Positions 1 through 9,173 of a DNA stretch of 64,000 nt are shown here, piece after piece. Position 1 is the first letter of the stretch. The number at the start of each line of letters is the position of its first letter. The notes under the pieces are model-generated. The model saw only the letters and a program-made list of their open reading frames with translations, had not been told where the DNA came from and searched no databases. The stretch comes from an uncultured Candidatus Rokubacteria bacterium (lineage in GTDB: Bacteria > Methylomirabilota > Methylomirabilia > Rokubacteriales > CSP1-6): positions 1-64,000 of the forward strand of contig CAWBMV010000011.1 of the NCBI GenBank assembly GCA_963789955.1. Direction: 5' to 3'. The position numbers and the translations under genes are program-made.

Positions 1-411
1 ATCGGGCCGGGCAAGATCAGGCTGCTCGAGCTCGTCGGCGAGTCGGGCTCGATCTCGGCCGCGGGCCGCGCGATGAACATGTCGTATCGGCGTGCCTGGA
101 TGTTGATCGACAATCTCAATCGTTCCTTCCGCTCGCCGGTAGTCGAGACACAGCTCGGCGGCACGCGCGGCGGCGGCGCCGTCCTCAGCGCGCTCGGCCA
201 CGACGTGATCGCGCGCTATCGCGCCATCGAGCGGGCGGCGACCAAAGCGACCGCCGCCCAGCTGGCGGCCCTCGACGCGGCCCAGCCCGCGCGGCGCACC
301 GCCGCCGCCGGAAGCCGCCGGCGGGCGATCGCGAGCCCGCGCCACCGCTCTCCACTGATGCCTCGCCGCGCGCGCCCAAGCCGAGCGGCGCGCGGGGCTA
401 CAATCAGATAG
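1..411 (+). CDS. ModE-like winged-helix transcriptional regulator (5' end outside window)
   Basis: Frame 1 reads IGPGKIRLLELVGESGSISAAGRAMNMSYRRAW...GGTRGGGA, the ModE N-terminal HTH signature. Confidence 0.85.
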   Translation: MGPGKIRLLELVGESGSISAAGRAMNMSYRRAWMLIDNLNRSFRSPVVETQLGGTRGGGAVLSALGHDVIARYRAIERAATKATAAQLAALDAAQPARRTAAAGSRRRAIASPRHRSPLMPRRARPSRAARGATIR

Positions 412-422
412 CGAGCCTCGAC

Positions 423-1340
423 ATGAACGAGCTACCGAAACGCCAGCTCGGACGCACGGGCCTGCAGGTGACCATGCTGGGCTACGGCGCCATGGAGCTC
501 CGCGGCGCCCCGCGCGGCCGCGACGTGACCGACCGGCAGGCCGAGACGATCCTCCACGCCGTCCTCGACAGCGGGATCAACTACATCGACACATCGATCG
601 ACTACGGTGTCAGCGAGGAGCGCATCGGCCGCTATATCGCCGATCGGCGCGCCGAGTACTACCTCGCGAGCAAGTGCGGCTGCCTCGTCGGGGCGCCGCC
701 GGCTCCGCGCGGCCAGACCAGCCCGCACGTCTTCACCCGCGACAACATTCTGAAGGGCGTCGAGCAGAGCCTCGCGCGCATGCGGACCGATCATCTCGAC
801 GTGTTGCAGTTTCACATCTCGCCGTCGCGGCAAACCCTGGAGCAGAACGGCGCGCTGGAGACCGTGCTCGAGCTCAAGCGCACCGGCGCGACGCGGTTCG
901 TCGGCATGTCCGGCACGCTGCCTCACATCGTCGATCACATCGCCATGGGAGTGTTCGACGTGTTCCAGATCCCCTACTCCGCGGTCGAGCGCGAGCACGA
1001 GGCGATCATCGCGGCGGCGGCGAAGGCGGGGTCCGGCATCGTCGTTCGCGGCGGCGCGGCCAAAGGCGCGCCGACCGAGGGCAAGCACGAGGGCGTGCAA
1101 TGGGAGCGCTGGCAGAAGATCGACCTGCGTGATCTCCTCGGCGGGTTGACGCCGATGGAGTTCATCCTGCGCTTCACGTTCACCCACCCGGATCTGCACA
1201 CGAACATCGTGGGAACGATCAACCCGGCACACCTGCAGGACAACGTCGAGGTCCTACGGCAAGGTCCGCTGCCGGCCGACGTGTACGCTGAAGCGAAGCG
1301 CCGCCTGGACGCCGCGGGCTCCAGCCCGCGCGCCGTGTAG
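423..1340 (+). CDS. Aldo/keto reductase
   Basis: LGRTGLQVTMLGYG, GINYIDTSIDYG, YYLASKCG, SLARMRTDHLD motifs. Confidence 0.9.
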   Translation: MNELPKRQLGRTGLQVTMLGYGAMELRGAPRGRDVTDRQAETILHAVLDSGINYIDTSIDYGVSEERIGRYIADRRAEYYLASKCGCLVGAPPAPRGQTSPHVFTRDNILKGVEQSLARMRTDHLDVLQFHISPSRQTLEQNGALETVLELKRTGATRFVGMSGTLPHIVDHIAMGVFDVFQIPYSAVEREHEAIIAAAAKAGSGIVVRGGAAKGAPTEGKHEGVQWERWQKIDLRDLLGGLTPMEFILRFTFTHPDLHTNIVGTINPAHLQDNVEVLRQGPLPADVYAEAKRRLDAAGSSPRAV

Positions 1341-1352
1341 CGGAGCGCCCCG

Positions 1353-2064
1353 ATGATCCGGCTTGGCGGATGGATCGGTGCCGTCGTCCTCGCCCTCGTG
1401 TCGGCGGTTCTCGGCTATGAAATTCCGACCGTCGCGTTCGCGGCGGAAGAGGCGGTTTTGCGTCCCGGCGCCCTTGCTCGACAACCCGAAGGCGGCCGGC
1501 CCCCTGCAGACCGCGGTCATCGCCGGCGGCTGCTTCTGGGGCGTGCACGGCGTCTACCAGCACGTGCGCGGCTCCCGCCAGGTGCTCTCGGGATACTCCG
1601 GTGGGTCGAAGGCGACGGCGGACTACGAGACGGTCAGTCGCGGCGCGAGCGGCCACGCCGAGTCGGTCGAGATCCGCTTCGATCCCAAGGAGCTCTCGTA
1701 CGGCGACATCTTACAGATCTACTTTTCGGTGGCTCACGATCCGACCCAGCTCAACCGCCAGGGCCCCGATACCGGCACACAGTACCGCTCCTCGATCTTC
1801 TATGCCGATGAGTCGCAGAAGCGAATCGCCGAGGCCTACATCGCCCAGCTCGATCGCGCGAAGGTGTTCCGGCGCGCCATCGTCACGAAGGTCGAGCGGC
1901 TGACGGCCTTCTATCCGGCCGAGGCCTATCACCAGGACTTCTTGCTGAAGAACCCGAACTACCCCTACATCGTGATCAACGACCTTCCGAAGATCGCGAA
2001 CCTCAAGACCGTGTTCCCCGCTCGGTACCTCGACCAGCCCGTTACCGCCCAGAGCTCCCGCTAG
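1353..2064 (+). CDS. msrA: Exported peptide-methionine (S)-S-oxide reductase, apparent frameshift near 1460
   Basis: Signal peptide in ORF 1353; GGCFWG, GHAE, HDPTQLNRQGPDTGTQYRS and AEAYHQD in ORF 1363. Confidence 0.9.
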
Positions 2065-2236
2065 GCTGCGCCTCGACGCCGCCGGTGACGAACCGCCCGC
2101 TGGCGTCGCGCGACGGGAGCGGGCCCGCACGACGGCCGTTCTCGCGGCGCCGCAACCCTTCCTCGTAGGCCCGCTGGCGCGCCCCGCCTCGTGCGCGGAG
2201 CGTTGGATCGTCGACGATGGGTCGGCGCCGGATCAT

Positions 2237-2530
2237 CTAGGCCAGCCCGCGGTGAACGGCGTTGTCGGCGTGCATGCGGCGCACCGCATGGGCCATGAGC
2301 GAGCGGCGGCCGTTGTAGCCGAAGCTCTGCTTGTAGTCCGCGGACGTCATCGCATGGTGCACGAGATGCGTATTCGTGAGATGTCGAAAGACCGCGCCGC
2401 AGACGAGACAAACGACGTGGTCTTCGGAGATCGCGAGGCGCGGATCTCGGCGCAACGCTTCCAACGCAGCCCCGGTGATCAAGGGCTGCTTGCCGGCGAT
2501 ATATCCGTACGGGAGCATCGGCAGGGACAT
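2237..2530 (-). CDS. Ros/MucR-like zinc-finger regulator (may extend past an in-frame TAG)
   Basis: AISEDHVVCLVCGAVFRHLTNTHLVHHAMTSADYKQSFG resembles the Ros/MucR prokaryotic zinc finger. Confidence 0.7.
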   Translation of the reverse strand: MSLPMLPYGYIAGKQPLITGAALEALRRDPRLAISEDHVVCLVCGAVFRHLTNTHLVHHAMTSADYKQSFGYNGRRSLMAHAVRRMHADNAVHRGLA

Positions 2531-2724
2531 GGGCGGGAGCCTAGTCGTGCCGACCTTGGGCCGTCAACGTGTCGGCGATGACATAAGGATCGACCAGGCG
2601 CGAGCGAGGCGGGCGGCGACGGTCGAGAGCCGGATGCTACAATGCGCCCTCCAGAGCGCGAACAAGTCGCCGAGCCGAAGACGCAGCACGGGACGCTCTT
2701 CGCGAGCCCGACCAGGAGGTTCAG

Positions 2725-3828
2725 ATGGCTGACAAGATCCGCGTAGGAATCGTGGGCGCGACCCTGACTCAGGGGGGCAGCGGCTGGGGGCAAAATGCTC
2801 ACGTTCCCGCCCTGAAGGCGTTGCCAAACTACGAGCTGAAGGCGGTCTGCACCTCGCACGAGGACACCGCCAAGGCCTCGGCGGCGGCCTTCGGCGCCGA
2901 GCGGGGATTCCACCGGTTCAGCGACATGGCCGCGCATCCAGACGTCGATCTCGTCGCCGTCTGTGTGCGAGTGCCCGGGCACCGCGAGCTGGTGATGGCC
3001 GGTCTGCAGGCCGGAAAGCCCGTGTTCTGCGAGTGGCCGCTCGGCGCGAATCTCGCCGAAGCGGAAGAAATGGCCGGGCTCGCTCGTCAGCGCTCGCTCC
3101 CGACCATGGTCGGCCTGCAGGGGCGCAGCGACCCCGCGATTCTCTATGCGCGCGACCTCATACAGCAGGGCTACATCGGCGAGGTGCTCACGGCGAACCT
3201 GAACACCGTGGCGCAGGCCCAGCTGCAGCGCGGGCCCGGCCGCATCTGGCAGGGCGTGCGTGCCAACGGCGCCAACACGCTGACGATCGCCGGCGGTCAC
3301 GCCATCGATGCCCTCTGCGCCGTGCTCGGCGAGTTTGCCGAGCTCTCGGCCCGGGTGTCGACGCGAATCCCGGAGTGGCGCACGCTCGAAGGCAAGCCGT
3401 ACCCGGTCGATTCGCCCGACAGCATCAACATTGCCGGCCGCATGGTGAGCGGCGCCGAGGTGTCGATCAACGTGGCCGCCGTTCCCTCGAATCCGAGCGG
3501 CAACCGACTGGAGATCTACGGGCGCGAGGGCGCGCTGGTCATCCGCGCGAATGGCGCGCTCAGCCTCGGACCGAATCAGATGCACGCGGGCCAGGGCAAG
3601 GAGCCGATGGCGCCGATGGCGGTGCCGGCCAAGTACCGGTTCGTTCCGGAGGGCACTCCCGCCGGCCAGCCGTACAACGTGGCCCAGGCGTATGCGCGCG
3701 CCGCCGACGCGCTCCGTGGCGGCCGGGCGTTCGACGTCGACTTCAATCTCGCCGTCCAGCGTCACAAGCTGATCGACGCGATCGAGCGATCCTCCGCGAC
3801 GGGCCGGTCGGTGAAGCTGGACCGGTAG
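2725..3828 (+). CDS. Gfo/Idh/MocA family oxidoreductase
   Basis: KIRVGIVG, AHVPAL, GKPVFCEWPL; RBS AGGAGG. Confidence 0.9.
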   Translation: MADKIRVGIVGATLTQGGSGWGQNAHVPALKALPNYELKAVCTSHEDTAKASAAAFGAERGFHRFSDMAAHPDVDLVAVCVRVPGHRELVMAGLQAGKPVFCEWPLGANLAEAEEMAGLARQRSLPTMVGLQGRSDPAILYARDLIQQGYIGEVLTANLNTVAQAQLQRGPGRIWQGVRANGANTLTIAGGHAIDALCAVLGEFAELSARVSTRIPEWRTLEGKPYPVDSPDSINIAGRMVSGAEVSINVAAVPSNPSGNRLEIYGREGALVIRANGALSLGPNQMHAGQGKEPMAPMAVPAKYRFVPEGTPAGQPYNVAQAYARAADALRGGRAFDVDFNLAVQRHKLIDAIERSSATGRSVKLDR

Positions 3829-3856
3829 CGGAACCGGCTCGGCCCTAGTCGACGAC

Positions 3857-4783
3857 ATGGAAGACATCTACTGCTTCGGTGGCAATCCGCTGGATCGGGC
3901 GAGCGAGCGCCGGGGCGATCGCGAGTGGATCGCCAAGCTGCTCGCCGACCCGAACACTCGCATCCTGGCGCTGCGCGACTTGAAGCCGTTCACTCGCGGC
4001 ACGGGTACGCCGACGCTCGACTGGCAGCCGGTCGGCCAGTGGCGCGATCAGATCGACGCGGGGGCGACGCTGCTCTTTCTCGGCCTCGGCGACGGGCGCG
4101 CGCATTTCGCGATCGACGCGACTGGGACGAGCGTCGCGTCGACTCGACACCGAGCTGGTCGACGTGCGCGTCCTGGCTCCCGCCATCGCCACCGGCGAGG
4201 CGGCCATCCTCGCCGAGGCGCGGTCGCTGCTCGACTGGCATAGCCGCCATCGCTTCTGCGCCCAGTGCGGATCGGCCACCAGGGTGGCGTCCGCCGGGTT
4301 GGGTGCGGCGCTGCCCGGATTGCCGCGCGTCGCACTTTCCGCGCACCGATCCCGTCGTGATCATGCTCGCGATCCACGGCGATCGGGCCCTGCTCGGCCG
4401 CAATCGGCGGCGCGCGGGCGCCAGGTTTTCGTGCCTCGCCGGCTTCGTCGAGCCGGGAGAGACGCTGGAGGAGGCCGTGCGCCGCGAGGTGCGCGAAGAG
4501 TCGGGGATCCGCTGCGGCCGCGTACGCTACCTGGCGGCCCAGCCGTGGCCGTTTCCCTCGAGCCTCATGATGGGGTTTCTCGCCGAGGCCCTGACCGAGG
4601 AGATCACGGTCGACCCCGAGGAGCTCGCCGAGGCGCGCTGGTTTCCCCGCGACTGAGATCCGCGAGATGGTGGCGCGCGCCGCGGCCGGCACCGACGATC
4701 CGGCCCAGGTGTCGTTGCCGGCGCCGGTCGCGATCGCGCATCATATCTGCCGGCGATGGTCGAGCGGCCTCGACAGCCTGTGA
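3857..4783 (+). CDS. nudC: NADH pyrophosphatase NudC, split by about 3 frameshifts
   Basis: HRFCAQCG and CPDC zinc sites, FPRTDPVVI, Nudix box AGFVEPGETLEEAVRREVREESG, QPWPFPSSLM, C-terminal IAHHI spread across frames. Confidence 0.85.
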
Positions 4784-5661
4784 CCGCCGTGTCCGTATCG
4801 ATCGACTCGCTGCGTGGCGCGTTCGCGGGAGAGGTCTCGGGGCTGGACATCACCAAACCGATCAGCGCCGTGGACGTGGCGGCGATCGAGGCGGGGATGG
4901 ATGCGTATGCCGTGCTCGTCTTTCGCGATCAGCACCTCACGGACGAGCAGCAGATCGCGTTCACGCTCAATTTCGGCGAGCTCGAGAACTACAAGAGCCC
5001 CGGCCACATCCGCAAGCGCGAGGACCATCGCCTCGGCCCGGGCATCGCGGATTTCTCGAACCTGGACCGCCAGGGCAAGATCATGTCGGCCGAGGATCGC
5101 GTCTGGTTTTTCAAGCTCGGTGATCGGCTCTGGCATTCGGACAGCTCCTTCCGGCCGGCGCCGGCCAAGTACTCGTTGCTCTCGGGCCGCATCATTCCGT
5201 CGTGGGGCGCCAACACCGAGTTCGCCGACATGCGCGGCGCCTACGACGCGCTCGACGCCCGCACCAAGGCGGAGATCGCGGGGTTGATCTGCGAGCACTC
5301 GCTGATCTACTCGCGCGAGGCGATCGGCTTCGTCGACCTCACCCCCGAAGAGATCGCGGCCTTTGCGCCGGTGCGCCACCCTCTGGTGCGCCGGCACCCG
5401 GTCACCGGCCGTCCGTCGCTCTTTCTCTCGGCCCACGCCGGAGCGATCGTCGGCCGGACCGTTCCCGAGGCGCGCATGTTCCTGCGTGACCTGACCGAGC
5501 ACGCGACCCAACGGGAGTTCGTGTATTCCCACGTATGGAAGCCGGGCGACCTGGTGATGTGGGACAACCGCGCCACGATGCATCGCGCCCGGCGCTTCGA
5601 CCACCGCGAAGTTCGCGATGTGCGCCGGACCACGCTCGCGGGGGATCCGCCGATCGCGTAA
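4780..5661 (+). CDS. TauD/TfdA family Fe(II)/2-oxoglutarate dioxygenase (TfdA-like)
   Basis: WHSDSSF (HxD), NTEFADMR, MWDNRATMHR; GTG start overlaps the nudC stop. Confidence 0.9.
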   Translation: MTAVSVSIDSLRGAFAGEVSGLDITKPISAVDVAAIEAGMDAYAVLVFRDQHLTDEQQIAFTLNFGELENYKSPGHIRKREDHRLGPGIADFSNLDRQGKIMSAEDRVWFFKLGDRLWHSDSSFRPAPAKYSLLSGRIIPSWGANTEFADMRGAYDALDARTKAEIAGLICEHSLIYSREAIGFVDLTPEEIAAFAPVRHPLVRRHPVTGRPSLFLSAHAGAIVGRTVPEARMFLRDLTEHATQREFVYSHVWKPGDLVMWDNRATMHRARRFDHREVRDVRRTTLAGDPPIA

Positions 5662-5828
5662 CCGGCTCGAGCAATCAAGCGCGGCGCGCGAGGGCAGAGC
5701 GGCGCTCACAACTGAGCGGCAGAGGAGCGGTGGGATTCGGGGAAAAGTTGTGCGGCGCGATCGCTCGCGCCACCATGACCGGGGTGGTAGCGTCGACGGA
5801 GACCCAGAAGGGCTACGCAGGAGATGGA

Positions 5829-6143
5829 GTGAGGGCCAGCGCGATCGTGCCCGCCTGTTTGCTCGGACTGCTGCTCGCGGGCTGCGTGACGGCGCTGCCC
5901 GGCGAGGACCTCGCTGACGCGGCCCGCGTGCGAGTCACCACTGACCGAGAGCTCGCTCGTGACTGCGCCTTCCTCGGGATGGTGAGTGACACCAGCGAGA
6001 CGGATCTCCAAAGGAAGGCTGCCTGGCTCGGCGGCGACGTGGCGGTTGTGACCTTGGCGTCGCAGGAGGCCAGGGCGGACACGATCTGGTACAAATCCGT
6101 CACCTCGACCGCCGAGGTGTTCCGGTGTGAGGCGGTTCGGTAG
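5829..6143 (+). CDS. Small lipoprotein (DUF4156-like)
   Basis: Lipobox LLAGC, then C..LG.V and KAAWLGGDV...AEVFRC; start uncertain. Confidence 0.6.
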   Translation: MRASAIVPACLLGLLLAGCVTALPGEDLADAARVRVTTDRELARDCAFLGMVSDTSETDLQRKAAWLGGDVAVVTLASQEARADTIWYKSVTSTAEVFRCEAVR

Positions 6144-6311
6144 TCGGTCGGTCCTCCTCGCCTACTTGACCCACTGATTTGGTCAGACTGTCCCAACGAG
6201 GCGAAGCGATGCCCGGTGCAACCGGTTAATTCTTCTGACTGTTGCCCGCTCGGCATCCGGATTGAAGGTGCGGTCTTCAACATATTCGCCGCGTTCGCCG
6301 GAGGGACCATA

Positions 6312-6713
6312 GTGCCCAATGTGAGTCTGAGTTTCCTCAACAGGAGAGCGCTCAAACAGGTCTGCCGAGTCTGCCACGAGCTTGCCGAGCTCAAGCCCGA
6401 ACGACTCTGTCCCGTTTGCACTCACATCAAAGCGAAGATCCAGTCGCGCTTCGCCGAAGCAATCCGCCGGACAATAGCGATTCCCGCACAGCAGTATTGC
6501 AAACGTCAGGGCTGCTCATGCGCCGCGTGCGACACGAGAACTCTTGATCCGCACCCGCTTTACGAATTCGATCTTGCACGAGCTGACCGACGCGAAATCC
6601 ACCTCCATCCTCGATGCCACGAGTTGTGGTTGGAGGCCACGGGATTGGACACCCGCCCGAAACCCGACGCCGACACTACTCCGGGCGACAAGTCCGACAC
6701 CTCCAGCAAGTAG
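6312..6713 (+). CDS. Cys/His-rich hypothetical protein, probably Zn-binding
   Basis: RBS GGAGGG before GTG 6312; CRVC, CPVC, CAAC, HPRC motifs. Confidence 0.55.
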   Translation: MPNVSLSFLNRRALKQVCRVCHELAELKPERLCPVCTHIKAKIQSRFAEAIRRTIAIPAQQYCKRQGCSCAACDTRTLDPHPLYEFDLARADRREIHLHPRCHELWLEATGLDTRPKPDADTTPGDKSDTSSK

Positions 6714-6780
6714 GGAGTCTACCGACGGGTCCTTGTCGGGGGGATCCTGCCGGCGCTGACTCGAGTGAGCCGGGGGCCGT

Positions 6781-7029
6781 TCAGCCGGTGGCCGGCTCGC
6801 TGATCGAGAGCCGACGTACCAGAGCCCAGCCGGACTTGTGGAGGTCCGGCGTAACGTCGCGACGGCGTCGATCGCCGTTACGTCGCTCAGGGGTTACCGG
6901 CTGACGGATTCGGCGACGATCCGATTCCCGACGGTCAAGGATCACGACGTCCCCGCTCTCGCTGACGAGTTTCAGATAGGCGAAGGTGCCCGGTTTCGTC
7001 CGTGAAACAATCAACAACAAATTCGCCAT
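6781..7029 (-). CDS. Small hypothetical protein with DRR/ERR repeats
   Basis: MANLLLIVSR...ILDRRESDRR...ERRNGDRRRRD...GWALVR; purine-rich RBS. Confidence 0.6.
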   Translation of the reverse strand: MANLLLIVSRTKPGTFAYLKLVSESGDVVILDRRESDRRRIRQPVTPERRNGDRRRRDVTPDLHKSGWALVRRLSISEPATG

Positions 7030-7156
7030 CGTCGTCTCCCTCGGGTTCCTCCGGATCAAAAGCCGGCACCGACGAGCAAGACAAGATGGTAAGACCCGGG
7101 ATGTCCCTGAAAGAAACTATTACGTCACGTACCGTAGCCTGAGACACGCCGCCGCC

Positions 7157-8087
7157 TCACGCGGGCGGCTGGGGCAGCTCGAGCTGACGTTCAGCGCTGG
7201 TGTGACGCTCGGTGGCCGGCCGGCGCTGCCGTGTGCGGCGCGGCGTTCGCGGCGGCGGGAAGCGGGCGCGCAGCCCCGAGGCCTGCACCTGGAAGAGCAT
7301 CTCCGGGTCCGGAAGGCCGGACAGGCGATGGCGCCCCAGGCCGCGGAACCGGACCCCGGCGGGCGGCGACGTACCGATCGCGGTTCGCGTGGCGGCGGAC
7401 ACGACGATCTGGCCGCCGTGGGCCGCTGCGCAGATGCGCGCCGTCGTGTGGACGGCGAGGCCGATATAGCCGGTCTCCGTCAAGGTCGGGTGGCCGCTGT
7501 GGACGCCGATCCGAATTCGCACCTCCAGCCCGTCGGTCCATTCGCGGGCGGCGAGGTCGCGCTGGACCGCCACCGCCGCCTCGACGGCGGCGCCGGCGCG
7601 CTCGAAGACCGCGAAGAACTCGTCGGCGCGCGCGTCGATCTCGCGGCCGCCCGAGCCCGAGACGGCGGCCCGAAGGATTCCCCTCACATCGTTGAGCAGC
7701 GTGCCGTACCGGTCGCCCAGCTTGCGGAGCAGGAGGGTAGATCCCTCGATGTCGCTCATGAGGAGGGTCACGAACCCGGTGGGCAGCGCCGTCGCCTCTA
7801 TGGCCGTCGCCTGGATCCGCGCTGTGGCGTACTTGCGCTCGGACTGCAGCTGCCGGGTGATGAAGCCCACGGGGACGATGCGGTACTTCTTCGCCGCGTT
7901 CAGCAGCCGCTTGCGTGCCTGCTCGCGGGCGGCGTCGTTCTCGAAATCGACCTGGTTGAACCGGGCGAGCGCGTTCCTGTACGTGCGCCTTGTCGTGGAT
8001 CGGCAGCCGCCGCCGGCCGCGGGAGTCGATGTAGGCGAACGCCCGGTCGGGAAGGCGCTCTCGCTTCTTCGGCTTGAGCCTGGCCAT
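7157..8087 (-). CDS. Class III adenylate/guanylate cyclase with small N-terminal domain, frameshift near 7980
   Basis: VTLLMSDIEGST, ADEFFAVF, RIRIGVHSG, VHTTARICAAAHGGQ; N-terminus LPDRAFAYID...RLPIHDKAHV in a different frame. Confidence 0.85.
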
Positions 8088-8146
8088 GCCGGAAACGATA
8101 CCGCCCACTTGGAGGCTGGTCACGCAATCTCAGCGCCTCCCTTTGG

Positions 8147-8172
8147 TCTGTTAGACTCCCGCCAGCCAACTG
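8147..8172 (+). promoter_or_regulatory. Repeated promoter/leader motif TCTGTTAGACTCCCGCCA..CCAACTG
   Basis: 18 nt identical to the reverse-strand copy at 15533-15550; contains -10-like TAGACT. Confidence 0.55.
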
Positions 8173-8199
8173 AGCATCATTCCCACGACGGAGGAACAC

Positions 8200-8637
8200 A
8201 TGCCCAAGATTCTCGTGATCCATGGCGCAGGCATGAACATGCGCGGCAAGATCCAGCTCGAGATCTTCGGTCCCATGACGCTGCCCGAATACGACGAGCG
8301 CATCCGCGGTTATGCCAAGGATCTGGGCGTGGAGGTCGAGATCTTCCACTCGAACGTCGAGGGCGAGATCGTCAACAAGCTCTATGCCGCCAATGATCAG
8401 GGCTTCGACGCAGCGATCTTCAATCCCGCCGCCTTCGGCACCGGCTACCCGGCCCTCGTGGCGGCCATCTCGCAGGTCAAGTTCCCGACGACGGAGGTGC
8501 ACATCTCCAATCCGATCCGTCGTGGTCCTGCCTCCCAGACCGCCGCCGTGAGCCAGAGCGTCGTGGCTGGCTTCGGAATCGCCGGCTATGCGCTGGCCTT
8601 GCGGGGGATCCGCGACGTGCTGGCGGCGAAGAAGTAG
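8200..8637 (+). CDS. aroQ: Type II 3-dehydroquinate dehydratase-like protein with divergent active site
   Basis: SNVEGEIV, FNPAA, EVHISN, GFGIAGYALAL match the fold; lid-loop Arg/Tyr not conserved. Confidence 0.75.
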   Translation: MPKILVIHGAGMNMRGKIQLEIFGPMTLPEYDERIRGYAKDLGVEVEIFHSNVEGEIVNKLYAANDQGFDAAIFNPAAFGTGYPALVAAISQVKFPTTEVHISNPIRRGPASQTAAVSQSVVAGFGIAGYALALRGIRDVLAAKK

Positions 8638-8710
8638 CAACGCGCAGCCGGCCAGAGCGCTCCAACCAGTCGTCTCGCGCTACACTGCTGGCCAGACAGG
8701 GAGGAGCCCC

Positions 8711-9157
8711 ATGACGCTCAAGCCGATCGCCTACGTACAGGCCGCGTGGCACACCGATATCACTGATCACTGCCGGACGGCGTTCATGGCGGAGGTGGTC
8801 AAGCACGGGTATGGGGCTGGGGATGTCGAGTTCTTCTCGGTCCCCGGCAGCCTCGAAATTCCTCTGATGGCGAGGAAGCTCGCCCAGACCGGCCGCTACG
8901 CCGCCGTGTGCGCCAGCGGCCTCGTGGTCAACGGCGGGATCTACCGGCACGACTTCGTGGCGCAAGCCGTGCTGCACGGAATCGTGCAAGCCTCGCTGGA
9001 GACGGATGTGCCGGTGCTGTCCGCCGTGCTCACACCGCATCATTTCCACGAGCACTCGGTACACGAGGAGTTCTTCAAGCAGCACATGCAGACGAAGGGC
9101 AAGGAGCTGGCGGAGGCTTGCGTGGCGATTGTCGGCCAGCTCGCCGCCGTTGCGTGA
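8711..9157 (+). CDS. ribH: 6,7-dimethyl-8-ribityllumazine synthase, RibH2 type
   Basis: WHTDI, VPGSLEIPL, NGGIYRHDFVA, VLTPHHFHE, KGKE. Confidence 0.9.
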   Translation: MTLKPIAYVQAAWHTDITDHCRTAFMAEVVKHGYGAGDVEFFSVPGSLEIPLMARKLAQTGRYAAVCASGLVVNGGIYRHDFVAQAVLHGIVQASLETDVPVLSAVLTPHHFHEHSVHEEFFKQHMQTKGKELAEACVAIVGQLAAVA

Positions 9158-9173
9158 CTGGTCCTCGCCGAGC

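Noticed and set aside
8640..8710. FMN riboswitch before ribH (also SAM riboswitch before yitJ)
   Set aside because: Intergenic regions are too short and lack the aptamer motifs.
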